Positions 42,819 through 56,610 of a stretch of 64,000 nt of DNA are shown piece by piece. This stretch comes from Eledone cirrhosa (Eukaryota). Below the pieces are notes generated by a model. The model searched no databases, was not told where the DNA came from, and saw nothing but the letters and a program-made list of their open reading frames with translations. Position 1 is the first letter of the stretch. Each line of letters begins with the position of its first letter. Both the position numbers and the translations under genes were made by a program. The stretch is taken from positions 177,196,001-177,260,000 of the forward strand of contig OZ024743.1 in assembly GCA_964016885.1 (NCBI GenBank), in the 5' to 3' direction.

Positions 42819-43719
42819 TAAATATATGTATATGTACATACATATACATATATATGTATATATTAAAAAAAGTCGGGACCCGAAAGCTGAGATTTTGCCG
42901 TTTCAACAGCTAGTTGGGTCCCGACTCTGTATAATATAACCATACGGTAGGTCTCTAAGTATCGACTACTCTTCTAACCAGTTTCGAGCTGATTCCATCA
43001 TGATTTACACACACTGTGTATGCATGCGTGCGTGGAGGCGTGTGTGCGGGTGTTTGTATTCAAGCATATATATCAACTAGTACAAAATATTATGACGCAT
43101 ACCACAATAAAAATGATGACACCTTTTAAATAATGCTTCTAATAAAAAGAAAACATTGTGAAATAACATTAGATTGAGATGTTGCTTAGTTGCTTAAAAT
43201 AAAGGAAATATGAGCAAATGGGAAAATAAAACAACACGACTATATTTACCTTTAAATATATTCAATTTCTTCTTTGATCTTTGTTACAATAAACGTAAAA
43301 GTGTTCCCGTCCAAACAGCGTCACTATAATGTTGTTATAGAGATATAGATTGTGACAGTGAAACAAGAATCGAACATAGCGCAGTAGCAGAGATAATTGG
43401 AAATTGAACTCCCAAGATAATAGTAGACCTATGAATAAATAAATGAATTTATGGCTGTCATCTTGGCTCTGTGTCAAATATATATTCGATAAGGTTTTCT
43501 CTTTGTTTTGATGTGCATTTTAGAACTACTTCACAATTTTCCAGCATCTACTTCCACTGTGAGTGAATAAACTGTTCGTGTGGGCCTGCATACATGGACC
43601 TATAACTCCCGAGGGAGTCGTAAGGGCGCTGTGTTGGCATACAGCTTTGTAGAGCATTTTTTAAATTCTTCAGGTCTCAACACAGCAAATTTCCAAAAAT
43701 ATCAAATTGGTGGTTAGCA

Positions 43720-43795
43720 ACATTTTAGTAGTATAGTGGTTAACATGCTTGCCCGGTATCCGAGAGATTCGGGGTTCGAATTCTCGCAAGTTACT
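43720..43795 (+). other. tRNA-like SINE head or tRNA pseudogene (related copy at about 21170-21250, minus strand)
   Basis: A box tagtatagtgg and B box ggttcgaattc, but no intact cloverleaf. Confidence 0.45.
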
Positions 43796-44030
43796 CTATC
43801 TATTTATCTCTATTCAAGGGGTACTTTACCCGATTTTCTCAACTATTATTTATGGTGATCGACTGTTATTAAGGCAAATTGCATTGGGACGCATATATTT
43901 TATTATATATACATATGTATATACATATATATGTATGTAAATATACATGTTTGTAGAAAGAGAGAGAGAGATTCTTTCTCCCCCTTTCACCTCACATTCT
44001 TATACCACCTATTCCTCTCTATGTTTCTCT

Positions 44031-44082
<52 letters not shown>

Positions 44083-44327
44083 CGTTCCTTCACGCACAAG
44101 GCGCCAGGGTACGCATGTATTGTCCAACCAAATGCCAATGTGGTTCAATGGCGGGTTAATAAATTAACGAGCCAGAACAAATATAAACAAGGTTTATAAA
44201 TAATGAAAAAGTTTCAAAATAAATTTTAAAAAATTGACTTTACCTACTATAGGTAAAGGTAACTATAGTAGGTAAAGTCAATTTTTTAAAATTTATTTTG
44301 AAACTTTTTCATTATTTACTAAACCTT

Positions 44328-44399
<72 letters not shown>

Positions 44400-44403
<4 letters not shown>

Positions 44404-45125
44404 GTGTTGTATTACATCATGGATCACAGGCCACGCGCACCAGGACTGAACAAAGTCTGATTCACCGCCTTGGGTCCTATTCCCCTCTTGGACTCAATTC
44501 ACCTCCCCAATTTCTTTAATACCCCGTCCATTATCACACGCGCTTGTACATTCACACCTAGATTCCTATCGCTCTATCTTGATCATTAACATCTTCTCTT
44601 ACAACTAAAACAGACCGACTATATATGCTCACTCCACTTTTCTCTTCACTGCTCTGTATATACACACCCTTATATTAACATACGTTTGCTCATAGGTTCG
44701 TACTTACATGCACACCCACTCTTTTACTTACACACACATTTCTCCTTAGCTTCGTACAGACGTATAATAACACACACATGCTTACGCACGTGCACAAGTA
44801 TAGCTCTTTTTACAAAACGTTTTTTTTTCCATTTCAGTTAGGCGCGCTCCATCATCCACTTTTCTAAGAAATAAATCACACACAAAACACCAGCACCAAC
44901 AGTTTTCCAAGAGATGTCAACATGAATGGACCTGTTATTTTTATCTAAAGGGATTTTTTCCAATTCCAACCCACCCATCCCCTCAATCTATCTTATTTCT
45001 CATTCCTTTTTCTGATAAAGGACTAGCGTCCGAAACGTTAAGACCCTCTTCCTGCTATATCAAGCGTTAACCTAATATATCCCTTCCATACACTGTACCG
45101 ATTGTGTTGTTATTTCTGTTTACCT
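44400..45125 (+). mobile_element. PLE 3' remnant (GIY-YIG C-terminus, 3' UTR and degenerate hammerhead at 45008-45043)
   Basis: RTRTEQSLIHRLGSYSPLGLN is the typical PLE endonuclease end. Hammerhead-like TTTT-CTGATAA-AGGAC(TAGC)GTCC-GAAACG-TT-AAGA. Confidence 0.75.
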
Positions 45126-45137
45126 TTTACATACATA

Positions 45138-45184
<47 letters not shown>

Positions 45185-45185
45185 T

Positions 45186-45276
<91 letters not shown>

Positions 45277-45425
45277 GACACCTTTGAAAAGGCTTGCTGA
45301 ATACAATCCGAAACTGGTCAGTCGTGGGATCCCGACTCTTTATAATATAACCATACTACCTCCAAGTACCGAGAACTCTGTTGTGTAGTGGTCTAATCAG
45401 TTTCAAAACGAATCCTCCCTGATTA

Positions 45426-45462
<37 letters not shown>

Positions 45463-47449
45463 CACATAAACATACACACATACACACACACGCACACACA
45501 TATATATATATAATATAATATAAAACCATACTTTTAAAGGTCCTATAATAAACGCAATCTTCAAGATGTGTATGACAGACAACTGCTACTTCAAGAATGT
45601 CACCCATTTCTTTCCATCGGCAGTTTCTAACTTTATTTGTTTGCCAAAGTCATTAAAAATTCAATTCTAAATATACAGATTAGATATTAATACTTGAGTA
45701 TGCATAGACCCCAAAGCCAATGACTTCTCTAAATACTTGTACAAAACTAAAATCATTAATTAGTAAACTCATAGGTGTTGTGGAATGGCAGAAACGTTAG
45801 GGTGTTGGTTAATATACCTTGTGGCATTTGTTCGGGCTCTTTACATTCTGGGTTCAAATCCCGCCGTGGTTAGCTTTGCCTTTCACCCCCTAGAAGGTCG
45901 ATTAAATAAAGTACCAGATCGACTTAATCGACATTCTCCTCCCTCCAAAATTGTTGGTCTTGTGCCTAAATCAGAAACTATCAATAACTTCAAATCCCAC
46001 TGAGGTTACCTTTGCCTTTTATTTCTATATTCTCAATAAAATATAACTACCAGTTATCTACTGGGGTCGAATCAATCAACTTTCCCCCACCCCTAAGTTG
46101 TTGGCCTTGTGGCTAAATGAGAAACCATGAATTAATAAATACAGACATATATAATGTGGCAGGAAGCTTAAAAATGCAAGAGAGTTGTGTGTCAAATTTT
46201 AATTTCTGGCCGAAACTCTTCCCCTTTTTTTGCAATCCCTAATAAACCTTAACAAAGGGACAACGTCGCAGTCAGACCTGCTATCTTGTTAACATCAACA
46301 AATAATATTGTTCTTTTCAGTTTCTTTTTTTTCCTTTTTAGGCTTGAAGGTATGGCATCTTTCCTGTGGTAATTGTGGAAAAGTTTCATTTGAGACACAT
46401 TAATCATCGCCATATTCATCTGGTCTCCCGTGGTCATGTTTGCAGTAGAGCTGTGTTTTGTTGCAATCTGCAATGTACCTGGGTGTTGCTGCAACATGCA
46501 ATGGACCTGAAAGTCACTGCAATGCATGCCAAGTTAATTAAGTCCCGAAAATATCAAAATTGACTTGGCTGTCATTTGAGATCTGGAGACGCGGTCGGTC
46601 CCTCTACTTACAAGTTTATCAATAAATTAGAATTGAATTTGTCAGAAGCACTAGGTGACCACCACAGACTACCTGGCTGAGGCAAAGACTCTCAACTGAC
46701 ATAGAAAAAGCTAATATAGTTTCTTTCATGTTCTATCTCCTTGATAGGAACCTCAATGCAGCAGTTTCTTGGAGATTTGATGAATAACAAATCAACTATA
46801 ATAATAACAAATGTATGTGAATTTATTTATTCATCTATTTGTCCGTCATGCACTAAAAGGGAGATGACTGAAGAAGATTAGTTACACTTATGTATGTATA
46901 TATGTAATGGCTTGACTACTGGATTGGTAGTATCGGTAGAGGGTCAGACGCCATGCTTTGAAGCATAGAGTTACGTCCCTTTGTGATCTGAGTTCAAATC
47001 TCGCCGAGGTTAACTTTGCCTTTCATCCTTACGGGGTCGATAAAATAAAGTACAGGTAATGTACTGGGTAATTGCTGGCCTTGTGCCAAAACTAGAAACA
47101 ATTATTGTTAGTTTATGCGTATTTATATGAATTGTGTGGGCGTATGAGTATGAATATATGTATATTTATGTGTTTATATAAAGTACTAAGGTGAGTGTAT
47201 GAGTGTTTTTGTGTTTATATTTATATTTGTGTGAGTGTATGTGTGTTTATATTTGTATACCCATATATATAAATATATACATATGCACCCCAAGATATCT
47301 TGTTTATCAATGTCAGTTACCGATAGTTTATCAATAAAAAAGTTTGTAATAAAATAATTATTAAACTAAAAACTTGGTTTTGTACTCTTTTCCATATAAA
47401 ATACTACAGTTAGCCGTCATTTTACGGGGCCAGTTAGTATAACAATAAT

Positions 47450-47667
47450 GATTTCTACTATAGGCACAAGGCCAGCGAGTTTGGGGGAGGGGGTGAAGTC
47501 GATTAAATCGACTCCAGTGCATTACTGGTGCTTTATTTTATCGACCCCGTAAGGATAAAGGCAAAGCTAACCTCGGTGGGATTTGAACCCAGAACGTAAA
47601 GGGCCGCAACTCTATGCTGCAAAGCATGGTGTCCGACTCTCTACCGATACTGCCAATCCACCGCCCT
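47450..47667 (-). mobile_element. Same SINE family with 18-bp TSD
   Basis: TSD ag(t/c)tagtataacaataat at 47432-47449 and 47668-47685. Further copies at about 3316-3500, 9318-9405, 12700-12860, 14210-14425, 38565-38675, 45780-46125, 46915-47100, 48215-48610 and 52435-52615. Confidence 0.85.
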
Positions 47668-49874
47668 AGCTAGTATAACAATAATACCAATGCTTCTGGA
47701 ATATGAAGACTGAAACTAAATCCCATATAAGACTCGCCAAGAGTGTTTGGAATTAGGTGCTTACAACAAAGCAAAAGTTGAAGTCATACATAACTGCAAA
47801 GTTTCAGATTTAGGGTTAAAAAACAAACAAAATGAAAGTTATCTTGACTTCTGTAACTAAGATATGTTTGGGGTAATTCGAATTAAATTGAATCGATGCA
47901 CCTCCGTCGGTTTCGACGATGAATGTTCTGGATTTTCGATAAATAGAATAGCCTGCTCATGAAATTAACGTGTAAGTAGCTGAGCATTCTACAGATACGT
48001 GTACTCTTAATGTGATTTTCATGTAAAGGTTAGTCCTTTACAGTTACAACCCATCTAACAGGCTTCTAGACAGCCCCCCCCCCCCCCCAAAAAAAATGGG
48101 TGAACTCAAGGCTCTAGAAAATGGCACTTGTCCGAGACGTCACACTATGGAATGGAACTCGGGACTTCAAGGTCGTTGTGGGGCGTACTTCTAAGCTATT
48201 CGACCAGGTTCCGCAGACAAGGCCAAGAATTTGAGGGGAGGAGAAAGTCGATTAAATCGATCCAGTGCATTACTGGTACTATATTTAATCGACCACGTAA
48301 GGATGAAAAGCAAAGCTAACCTCGGCAGGATTTGAATTCAGAAGGTAAAGGGACATGACTAAATACTGTAATGAATTTTGTCTTACACTCTACTGATTCT
48401 TCTGCCAATCCACCTCGTAATTAATTGTTTTTACATTTGGCACAAGGCCAGCAATTTGAGGGAAGGTCGACTAAATCGAACCCAGTGCATTACTGCTACA
48501 TTATTTTATCGACCCCGTAAGGAAGAAAGGCAAAGCTAACTTCGACGGGATTTAAACTCAGAACGTAAAGGGACATAGCTAAATACCGATTCTTCTGCCA
48601 ATTCACTGCGTAATTAATGCGAAATGTAAACAACTGGGAAATTATTTCCCTGATAGGACCTTCACCAGTGATATTAAAAAAGGATTTCTCATTTAGAAAT
48701 TAGAATGAGATTGAGATATTCTACTGCTTTTTTAAAGAGCGTTAAAAATAAAATTAAACTTAAATGACTTTTAACTAAAATCGAAACGTGAGCTTGGATT
48801 GCGATAAAAATAAACAAAATAAAACCAATAAGATTTAATCTAAATTTTCTTCACTTTGAGTAAATTAATTTGATGATTATTAGTAAGAAAAAATAAGAAG
48901 AACAATTTAAAGATAATTGAGAAGTATTGAAAATATATTTATTTAGAAATATCAAATGGAACGAAGTGGTGTTAATATTTCAAAATTCAAAGAAAAATAT
49001 TGAAATATTATAGAATCCATTAAACAGTCATTATGGCTTTCAACCAAAATATTTATATTCATTTATGAAAATAATTGAAATCAAGATCGATGAAAGAAAT
49101 AGTCACGTGCTGAATTCAAAACATTTTCTGAAAACATATTTTGCTCAGGATTAAACATGTAACCCCCACCTCCACATTCAATTGTCATATTTATCACATA
49201 CCTCTCATGAGTTTCACCCTTCTCCACCTTCTTTCTCACTACACAATGGAAAATCACAGACACTCTTAATACACCCGCATGTCTGACGAAACACTAGTCA
49301 CATGACTGTGACCCTCCCCACCATTTATGGTTATGCTATTTAATACACCTTTGGTCTTCAGTAAACGACTTCTGACCCAGACAGTCTTATTGGTGGTCAC
49401 TCCTCTCAGGAAAGGCTTAACTTGACAGCGAGTTTTACTTCTGACTCAGAGTCTTATTGGTGGTTACTACTTTCAGAACAGGTTTCATTTGATAGCTAAT
49501 TTTATTCATGCCAGAAATGTTATTAAATTAATATCTTAATTTTATTTCCGTTACAAATTAAAATCAAAGCATTTAAATTGATAGTTACCAACAATTAATG
49601 AATTTGGACACAGCAATTAAGATATTTATTATTTAATTTATCAGAAATGTGGTTTGCATGAAGCACACAGAGAAACAAACAAAATTTTTAAGAAATTTTC
49701 CCCCCCTAAAATATTAATAAATTATATTGGCTTCTCACTGATTAAACAACTGGATTGTAAACATGAACATATTACTTGAGAGTTAGTTGCCTTATATACA
49801 AGTATTTTCAACCCGGATATCTGCTCTGAATGCTTGTAACAGAGGGGAGTCTGCTAAAAACAATCAAAGAGCAG

Positions 49875-50802
49875 GCGCTACGGGAGTATGGTATTGATGG
49901 ACAGGTCCTTGTTGCTTTAAAGTCCTTATCTGAATACGTTATTATTTGTGTTCGGAAAAATTGTGCTAAGGCAAAACCAATCAATATGTATATCCGACTC
50001 TACCAAGAGTGTGTACAGCTATATGTACTATTGATCATCTTCATGAACATAATTGACATGTGCAGCTGGGTTGGAAGTGATATTACGATTGGTGGTGTAG
50101 GATCAGTCGGTTGGATTTGCAGACGACATGGTGTTACTTTACTGACATGCATGCAATACGTTTGCTGTCGAGTGATGTACGGCAGCAATGAAAATCAGTA
50201 ATGTAAAGACTGAGACAGTCGTCCCTCTCAAGGAAGCATATACAGTGCCTTCTACATGTGAGTGGAGTGCCACTGAAACAGGTGAAGAGGTTCATGTATT
50301 TTGGGGTCGTTTTAACGAGTGATGGAAGGCAGGATGTTGATTTAAACGCAAGAATTGCTCGAGCTGGTGATTTAACGCAGCAGCTTGAGCATCCGGTCAC
50401 CAGAAGGGAGGTAGGTGTAAAAGCCGAACTCGTTATCCTCAAGTCAATATTAGTGCTTACCCTTACCTATGGTCATGAATCTTGAGCAATGACCGAAAGA
50501 ATACAATAGCAAATATAAGCAGCCGAAATGGGGTCCCACCGAAGACTCTTTAGAGTAACGTTACTCGACAGAATGCGTAGTATAGAGCTTAGTGAATCAT
50601 TCCAGGTGAAGCCGCTACCTCTTCACAGCAAGAGATCACAGCTCCGGTCTTTTTTTAGAATGTCTCAAGAAAGAATCGCTGAATATCCATGAGCTCCATT
50701 CGTCTCGCATGGGAATTCAGCCGAATTTATTGAAGACGGTTGCTTTTTACGCGACCCTCTGAAATCTGTGTTTGACGACTCCGATGTCACCGCTTCAGCA
50801 GG

Positions 50803-50835
<33 letters not shown>

Positions 50836-51720
50836 AAGAAGATATCCAATTTCCTCTATTGTTAATTTTTGCATTTTTCTGCTTGAATATATGTAATTTT
50901 ATGTTTGTGACATAAATATCTGAAGCCCATATATACATTGTCAACTGGCCGATGTCATTAGTCACTTTTCCTACTTTTAATATGGCATTTCTATTGCTTG
51001 ATTCACTATCTATGCAACTTCCAAGATAAGTGAGTTTGGACAATTTCCCTTATATAATAACCTTGGCATTTGATATTTTTTATATTATTCATAATATATA
51101 TTTTCGACAAGCTTACAGAAAAACTGATCAAACGATTGGAGTTTCAGATCATGTATAATTACTAGAACTAAAAGTTTGTATTCCCCGGATGCATTGCACG
51201 GTATTTACTTATCCATGTATGATAATGTAATATTTATAGAGATTTTTTATCTCTACTTACAGCGATATCCTTTGAATATTTGAGTTTAGCCTTGAAGACG
51301 TCGCTGCCTTGTAATCCAACACTACTCATTTGGGCAGCTGTTAAATTTGTTACAAACTCTCCTTGTTAAAAATACATTATGGTATACGTATTCCAAGTAC
51401 AATAGCCCCTTATTTTAGGAGAAGGAAATATAAACTGTTGTGGAAATTATGCGTTTTGTAAGAGCTAATATGTCCCAGGATAGAATCGTTGGGTAGATTT
51501 TACGGGCAAAACCAGCCGACAGGAGACCCAGGGGTAAACCCTGAGTAAGATGGTTGGATTACTTCAATGAATTCGACTGGTCTCACTTGGGAATCCAGTC
51601 AGATCAATTGGAGGCGGTTGCGTCTGACAGGACGCAATGGAAAGAGTATTTGCGGGCTCTGCCCCCACGACCCTCTCAGGAAGAAGAAGAAGAAGAAGAA
51701 GAAGAAGAAGAAGAAGAAGA
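49875..51720 (+). mobile_element. RTE-like LINE 3' half with (GAA)n tail, interrupted by other LINE fragments at about 50685-51465
   Basis: LKQVKRFMYFGVVLTSDGRQDVDLNARIARA, LTLTYGHES, RRPRGKP...WLDY. Minus-strand LTYLGSCI fragment near 51010-51040. Confidence 0.75.
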
Positions 51721-52656
51721 ATCCATATTTTGCCGTAGAATAAAGGTAAGCTAGACCCACGCCGAATGCGTGACATAAAGAAAATAAATAATTGAATTGA
51801 TTGAAGTTATAATGAAGAATTGAGAGGGAATCGGTTGTGTGATAGGGAATCGAGTGTCCTTATTTATTTACGTACCACCTGTATTGAATTGTGAGACTTG
51901 GTTTTATTCACAGTTGAAACCTTTCCATTCAGTTGGGATGATCAGATCAGTAACATTAACGCCATACATTTTGATGTTATTTCTCTTATAAATTTGTAAA
52001 GTTGTATTCTGTAAGAAATGAGTTTAAAAGTAATCATCATATAGGATATTATTAACCATTTCAATATAATATGTTTTAGTTTCAGCTCTCAGTATCTACA
52101 CTAACTGTAAATGATTAATTTCGGTGTGCGACTAAACTATTTGATAAACACTTACATGTGACAGTTCAATATATGTGATTCCATTTGTACTTCCCGGACT
52201 GTGGTTTCCTCACTGTCATTTCAAATAAAAATGTATTAAAACAAACAAACAAAATCAAACAAAAACAATTAAGATAAAAGTGTTTTCTAGACATTGAAGA
52301 GAAATGATATATATGCTCACTCTTATAACTTCCTATAGAGTATCTTACACGTTAAGTTAAATTTTATTATATTTCCCCAGAAAGTAAATCTACAAAAATT
52401 GAATTAGTTGTGTTGGAGGGCAATGTTAATAATTGTTTCTACTTTTGGCACAAGGCCATTAATTAACCAGTGCATTACTGGTATTTTATTTTATCGGCCC
52501 CGTCAGGATGAAAGGCAAAGTTAACCTCGGCGGGATTTGAACTCATAATGGAAAGGGGCGCAACTCTATGCGTCAAAGCATGGCATCCGACCCTCTACTG
52601 ATACTGCCAATCCACCGGAACATTGACTTCACCTCAAATTGAATTAGGTCACCTAA

Positions 52657-52687
<31 letters not shown>

Positions 52688-52709
52688 TAATGTACATATA
52701 TATACATTA

Positions 52710-52743
<34 letters not shown>

Positions 52744-52957
52744 CGTTTCTGAATTTGTTTAGCAAGATTCTTTATCTGAAATCGTGTGTTGAAACCGATA
52801 TTGTTATACTTTGGGAGGGTCATGTTGCCAATAAGAAACACACGCACCAGTTGCTTCAATTTATTATATATTTATAAATTTATAAATTTTCAAATCTACA
52901 AACTTATAAATTTCTGGTTGGTTGGTTGGTTCCACAACCAGATAGTTGTTTATATAT

Positions 52958-53002
52958 AGTCATATTCCTTTCGTCACACACTCTGTGACCTCTTCAGTGA
53001 CT
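52958..53002 (-). ncRNA. Minimal hammerhead in inverted pLTR arm
   Basis: Reverse complement reads AGTCA-CTGAAGA-GGTCACAGAGTGTGTGAC-GAAA-GGAA-TA-TGACT. Confidence 0.65.
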
Positions 53003-54772
53003 GGGGATTCCTTTCTTTGTTTCTGTGCCTTTCCTTTCTTCTGTCCTACGCCATTTTGTTTCTGTGTGTGTGTTGTGAGCTCAGTTTGCGCATGCGCCAC
53101 ATCCGGGTGTCTGTGTGTGTTTGTGTTCATTTATCTATTTGTTTATTTATTTACATGTTGTTGGTTGGTTGTTTGTTCTATGTGTGTGTGTGTTTTCATT
53201 TTGTCCTTAATTGTAAGTTGTGATGTTGCTGTTCCACTCATATTTTCTATTTAATTTTGGTTGTAATTCTTTTATGCTTACTGCCTCTGTAATTTGCCTA
53301 AACATTGCATCTTTTCTGTGTGTGGATTCTATTTTTATTTCTATGTTCTCTAATTTACCCTTGTGTTCTATCTTAGCATGTTGGTAGAGTACAGATGATT
53401 CTTTATTATCTTGAAGGTCTCGCCAGTGTTCATTTATCCGTTCCCCTATACTACGAGCTGTCTCACCTATGTACACTATATTTTTATTTCTACATGAGAA
53501 AAACACAATGGAAAGCATCCAGCAAATAGCAAACTCCATCCACCAGAGCATTAGAGTTACTATAGACTACCCAAGTAGACACCCCAACCATCGATTACCT
53601 GTACTAGACACAGAGCTCTGGTTAGATACCATTAACAACCAAAAACAAATCCTCCATTCACATTATGCCAAACCCATGACTTCCAAACATCTGATCCACC
53701 GAAACTCGGCCATTTCGGACCATACCAAAATCAACATACTGATTGCGGATTTGGTACGGGTGATGAGAAATGTGTCCCGCATGTGCAACCCCGAAGAACT
53801 AGAGAGACACATACAACACTTCATCCACCGTATGCAGTTCTCTGGCTACAATCAGAGAGATAGAATCAAAGTGTATAGAGGTGCCAGAACCAAATGGGAA
53901 AAAATGGTAAATAATGACATAAATGGGACCTGCCCCTTGTATAGGAGAACATTTTGGAATAGAATAGAAAGAACTAGGAACAAGGCCAATAGAATAAACT
54001 CATGGTATGATAGCAATAAATACCAGAGTGTAATGTTCATCAATACAACCCCTAGAGGCGAACTAGCCTACAAATTTAGAAGGGCCCTAAATAAACATAA
54101 ACTAAATATTAAGATAGTAGAAAGACCAGGTACCTCCGTAAAAACACTTATTAGGAAGACATACCCGTTCCAAAGACCCTCATGTATAGATAAGAAATGT
54201 ATAACCTGTAAAATAAGCCCCCATATTAACTGTAAAACTAGAAATGTAGTGTATAGCATAAGATGTACTGAATGACAATGTAGAAACAAAAATATAGTGT
54301 ACATAGGTGAGACAGCTCGTAGTATAGGGGAACGGATAAATGAACACTGGCGAGACCTTCAAGATAATAAAGAATCATCTGTACTCTACCAACATGCTAA
54401 GATAGAACACAAGGGTAAATTAGAGAACATAGAAATAAAAATAGAATCCACACACAGAAAAGATGCAATGTTTAGGCAAATTACAGAGGCAGTAAGCATA
54501 AAAGAATTACAACCAAAATTAAATAGAAAATATGAGTGGAACAGCAACATCACAACTTACAATTAAGGACAAAATGAAAACACACACACACACATAGAAC
54601 AAACAACCAACCAACAACATGTAAATAAATAAACAAATAGATAAATGAACACAAACACACACAGACACCCGGATGTGGCGCATGCGCAAACTGAGCACAC
54701 AACACACACACAGAAACAAAATGGCGTAGGACAGAAGAAAGGAAAGGCACAGAAACAAAGAAAGGAATCCCC

Positions 54773-54817
54773 AGTCACTGAAGAGGTCACATAGTGTGTG
54801 ACGAAAGGACTATGACT
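54773..54817 (+). ncRNA. Minimal type I hammerhead ribozyme in PLE pLTR
   Basis: AGTCA-CTGAAGA-G-GTCACA(TAGTG)TGTGAC-GAAA-GGAC-TA-TGACT: stem I AGTCA/TGACT, 6-bp stem II, vestigial stem III. Confidence 0.75.
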
Positions 54818-54979
54818 ATATATAAACAACTATCTGGTTGTGGTACCAACCAACCAACCAGAAATTTATAAGTTTGTAGATTTGTAAATTTATAAATTTA
54901 TAAATATATAATAAATTGAAGTGAAAGCAGCTGGTGCGTGTATTTCTTATTGGCAACATGACCCTCCCAAAGTATAACA

Positions 54980-55122
<143 letters not shown>

Positions 55123-55890
55123 TATTCATATATCCATTAATGTACATATATCTATGAATATAAATTACACAATAATCAAAGTTATGTTCAAATAATTTTA
55201 TTGCTGACAATCGTTTCTTCCAAACTTTCATTTGGAATCATCGGAGCACTAGCAAAGTTTGTACATATAATTAACTTCCTATTCAACTGAACAATCATAT
55301 AGATACATGGATATTAATATTGTCAACAACAATTTCATATTTACAGAGTGGAATGGATGTGACAGAGATTATTAGAGAACTGTACAAGAATTAAAAAGGC
55401 ACTGAGTGGAATGCATGCGACAGAGATTACAAGGGAAAAGTATAATAATTAAAGAGGCATTAAGGTAGAAAGTTACCCGTAAAACGAGGACATAGCAGTA
55501 CACATCCAAGTGTATAGAGAGTGCAAATGCGTTAGACATATACAGGGCAGTTAGGTAGGAAACAAGCAATGGTACTATATCTATTAATATACATATATAT
55601 ATATTAATGTACATATATCTGTTCATGTACATATATCCATTAATGTACATATATATATTAATGTATATATATATACGTTAATGTGCATATATCTACTAAT
55701 GTACATATATATACATTAATGTACATATATATATATATATTGTTATACTTTGGGAGGGTCATGTTGCCAATAAGAAACACACGCACCAGTTGCTTTCACT
55801 TCAATTTATTATAATAAATTTATAAATTTATAAATTTATAAATTTCTGGTTGGTTGGTTGGTTCCACAACCAGATAGTTGTTTATATATT

Positions 55891-55933
55891 GTCATAGTTC
55901 TTTCGTCACACACTATGTGACCTCTTCAGTGAC
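55891..55933 (-). ncRNA. Minimal hammerhead in inverted 5' tail
   Basis: Reverse complement reads GTCA-CTGAAGA-GGTCACATAGTGTGTGAC-GAAA-GAAC-TA-TGAC. Confidence 0.65.
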
Positions 55934-56439
55934 TGGGGATTCTTTTCTTTGTTTTTTGTGCCTCTCCTTTGTTCTGTCCTACGCCATTTTGTTTCTGTGT
56001 GTGTGTTGTGTGTTGTGTGCTTGAGACCTTCAAGATAGTAAAGAATCATCTGTACTCTACCAACATGCTAAAATAGAACACAAGGGTAAATTAGAGAACA
56101 TTGAAATAAAAATAGAATCTACACACAGAAAAGACGCAATGTTTAAACAAATCACAGAGGCAATAAACATAAAAGAATTACAACCAAAATTAAATAGAAA
56201 ATATGAGTGGAACAGCAACATCACAACTTACAATTGAGGACAAAATGAAAACACACACACACATAGAACAAACAACCAACCAGTAACATGTAAATAAACA
56301 AATAAATAAATGAACATAAACACACACAGACACCCGGATGTGGCGCATGCGCAGACTGAGCACACAACACACACACAGAAACAAAATGGCGTAGGACAGA
56401 ACAAAGGAGAGGCACAAAAAACAAAGAAAAGAATCCCCA

Positions 56440-56482
56440 GTCACTGAAGAGGTCACGGAGTGTGTGACGAAAGAACTATGAC
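56440..56482 (+). ncRNA. Minimal type I hammerhead ribozyme, upstream pLTR
   Basis: GTCA-CTGAAGA-G-GTCACG(GAGTG)TGTGAC-GAAA-GAAC-TA-TGAC. Confidence 0.7.
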
Positions 56483-56610
56483 AATATATAAACAACTATC
56501 TGGTTGTGGAACCAACCAACCAACCAGAAATTTATAAATTTATAAATTTATAAATTTATTATAATAAATTGAAGTGAAAGCAACTGGTGCGTATGTTTCT
56601 TATTGGCAAC

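Noticed and set aside
46249-46800. Coding-like Cys-containing ORFs
   Set aside because: No recognisable domain or consistent splice structure.
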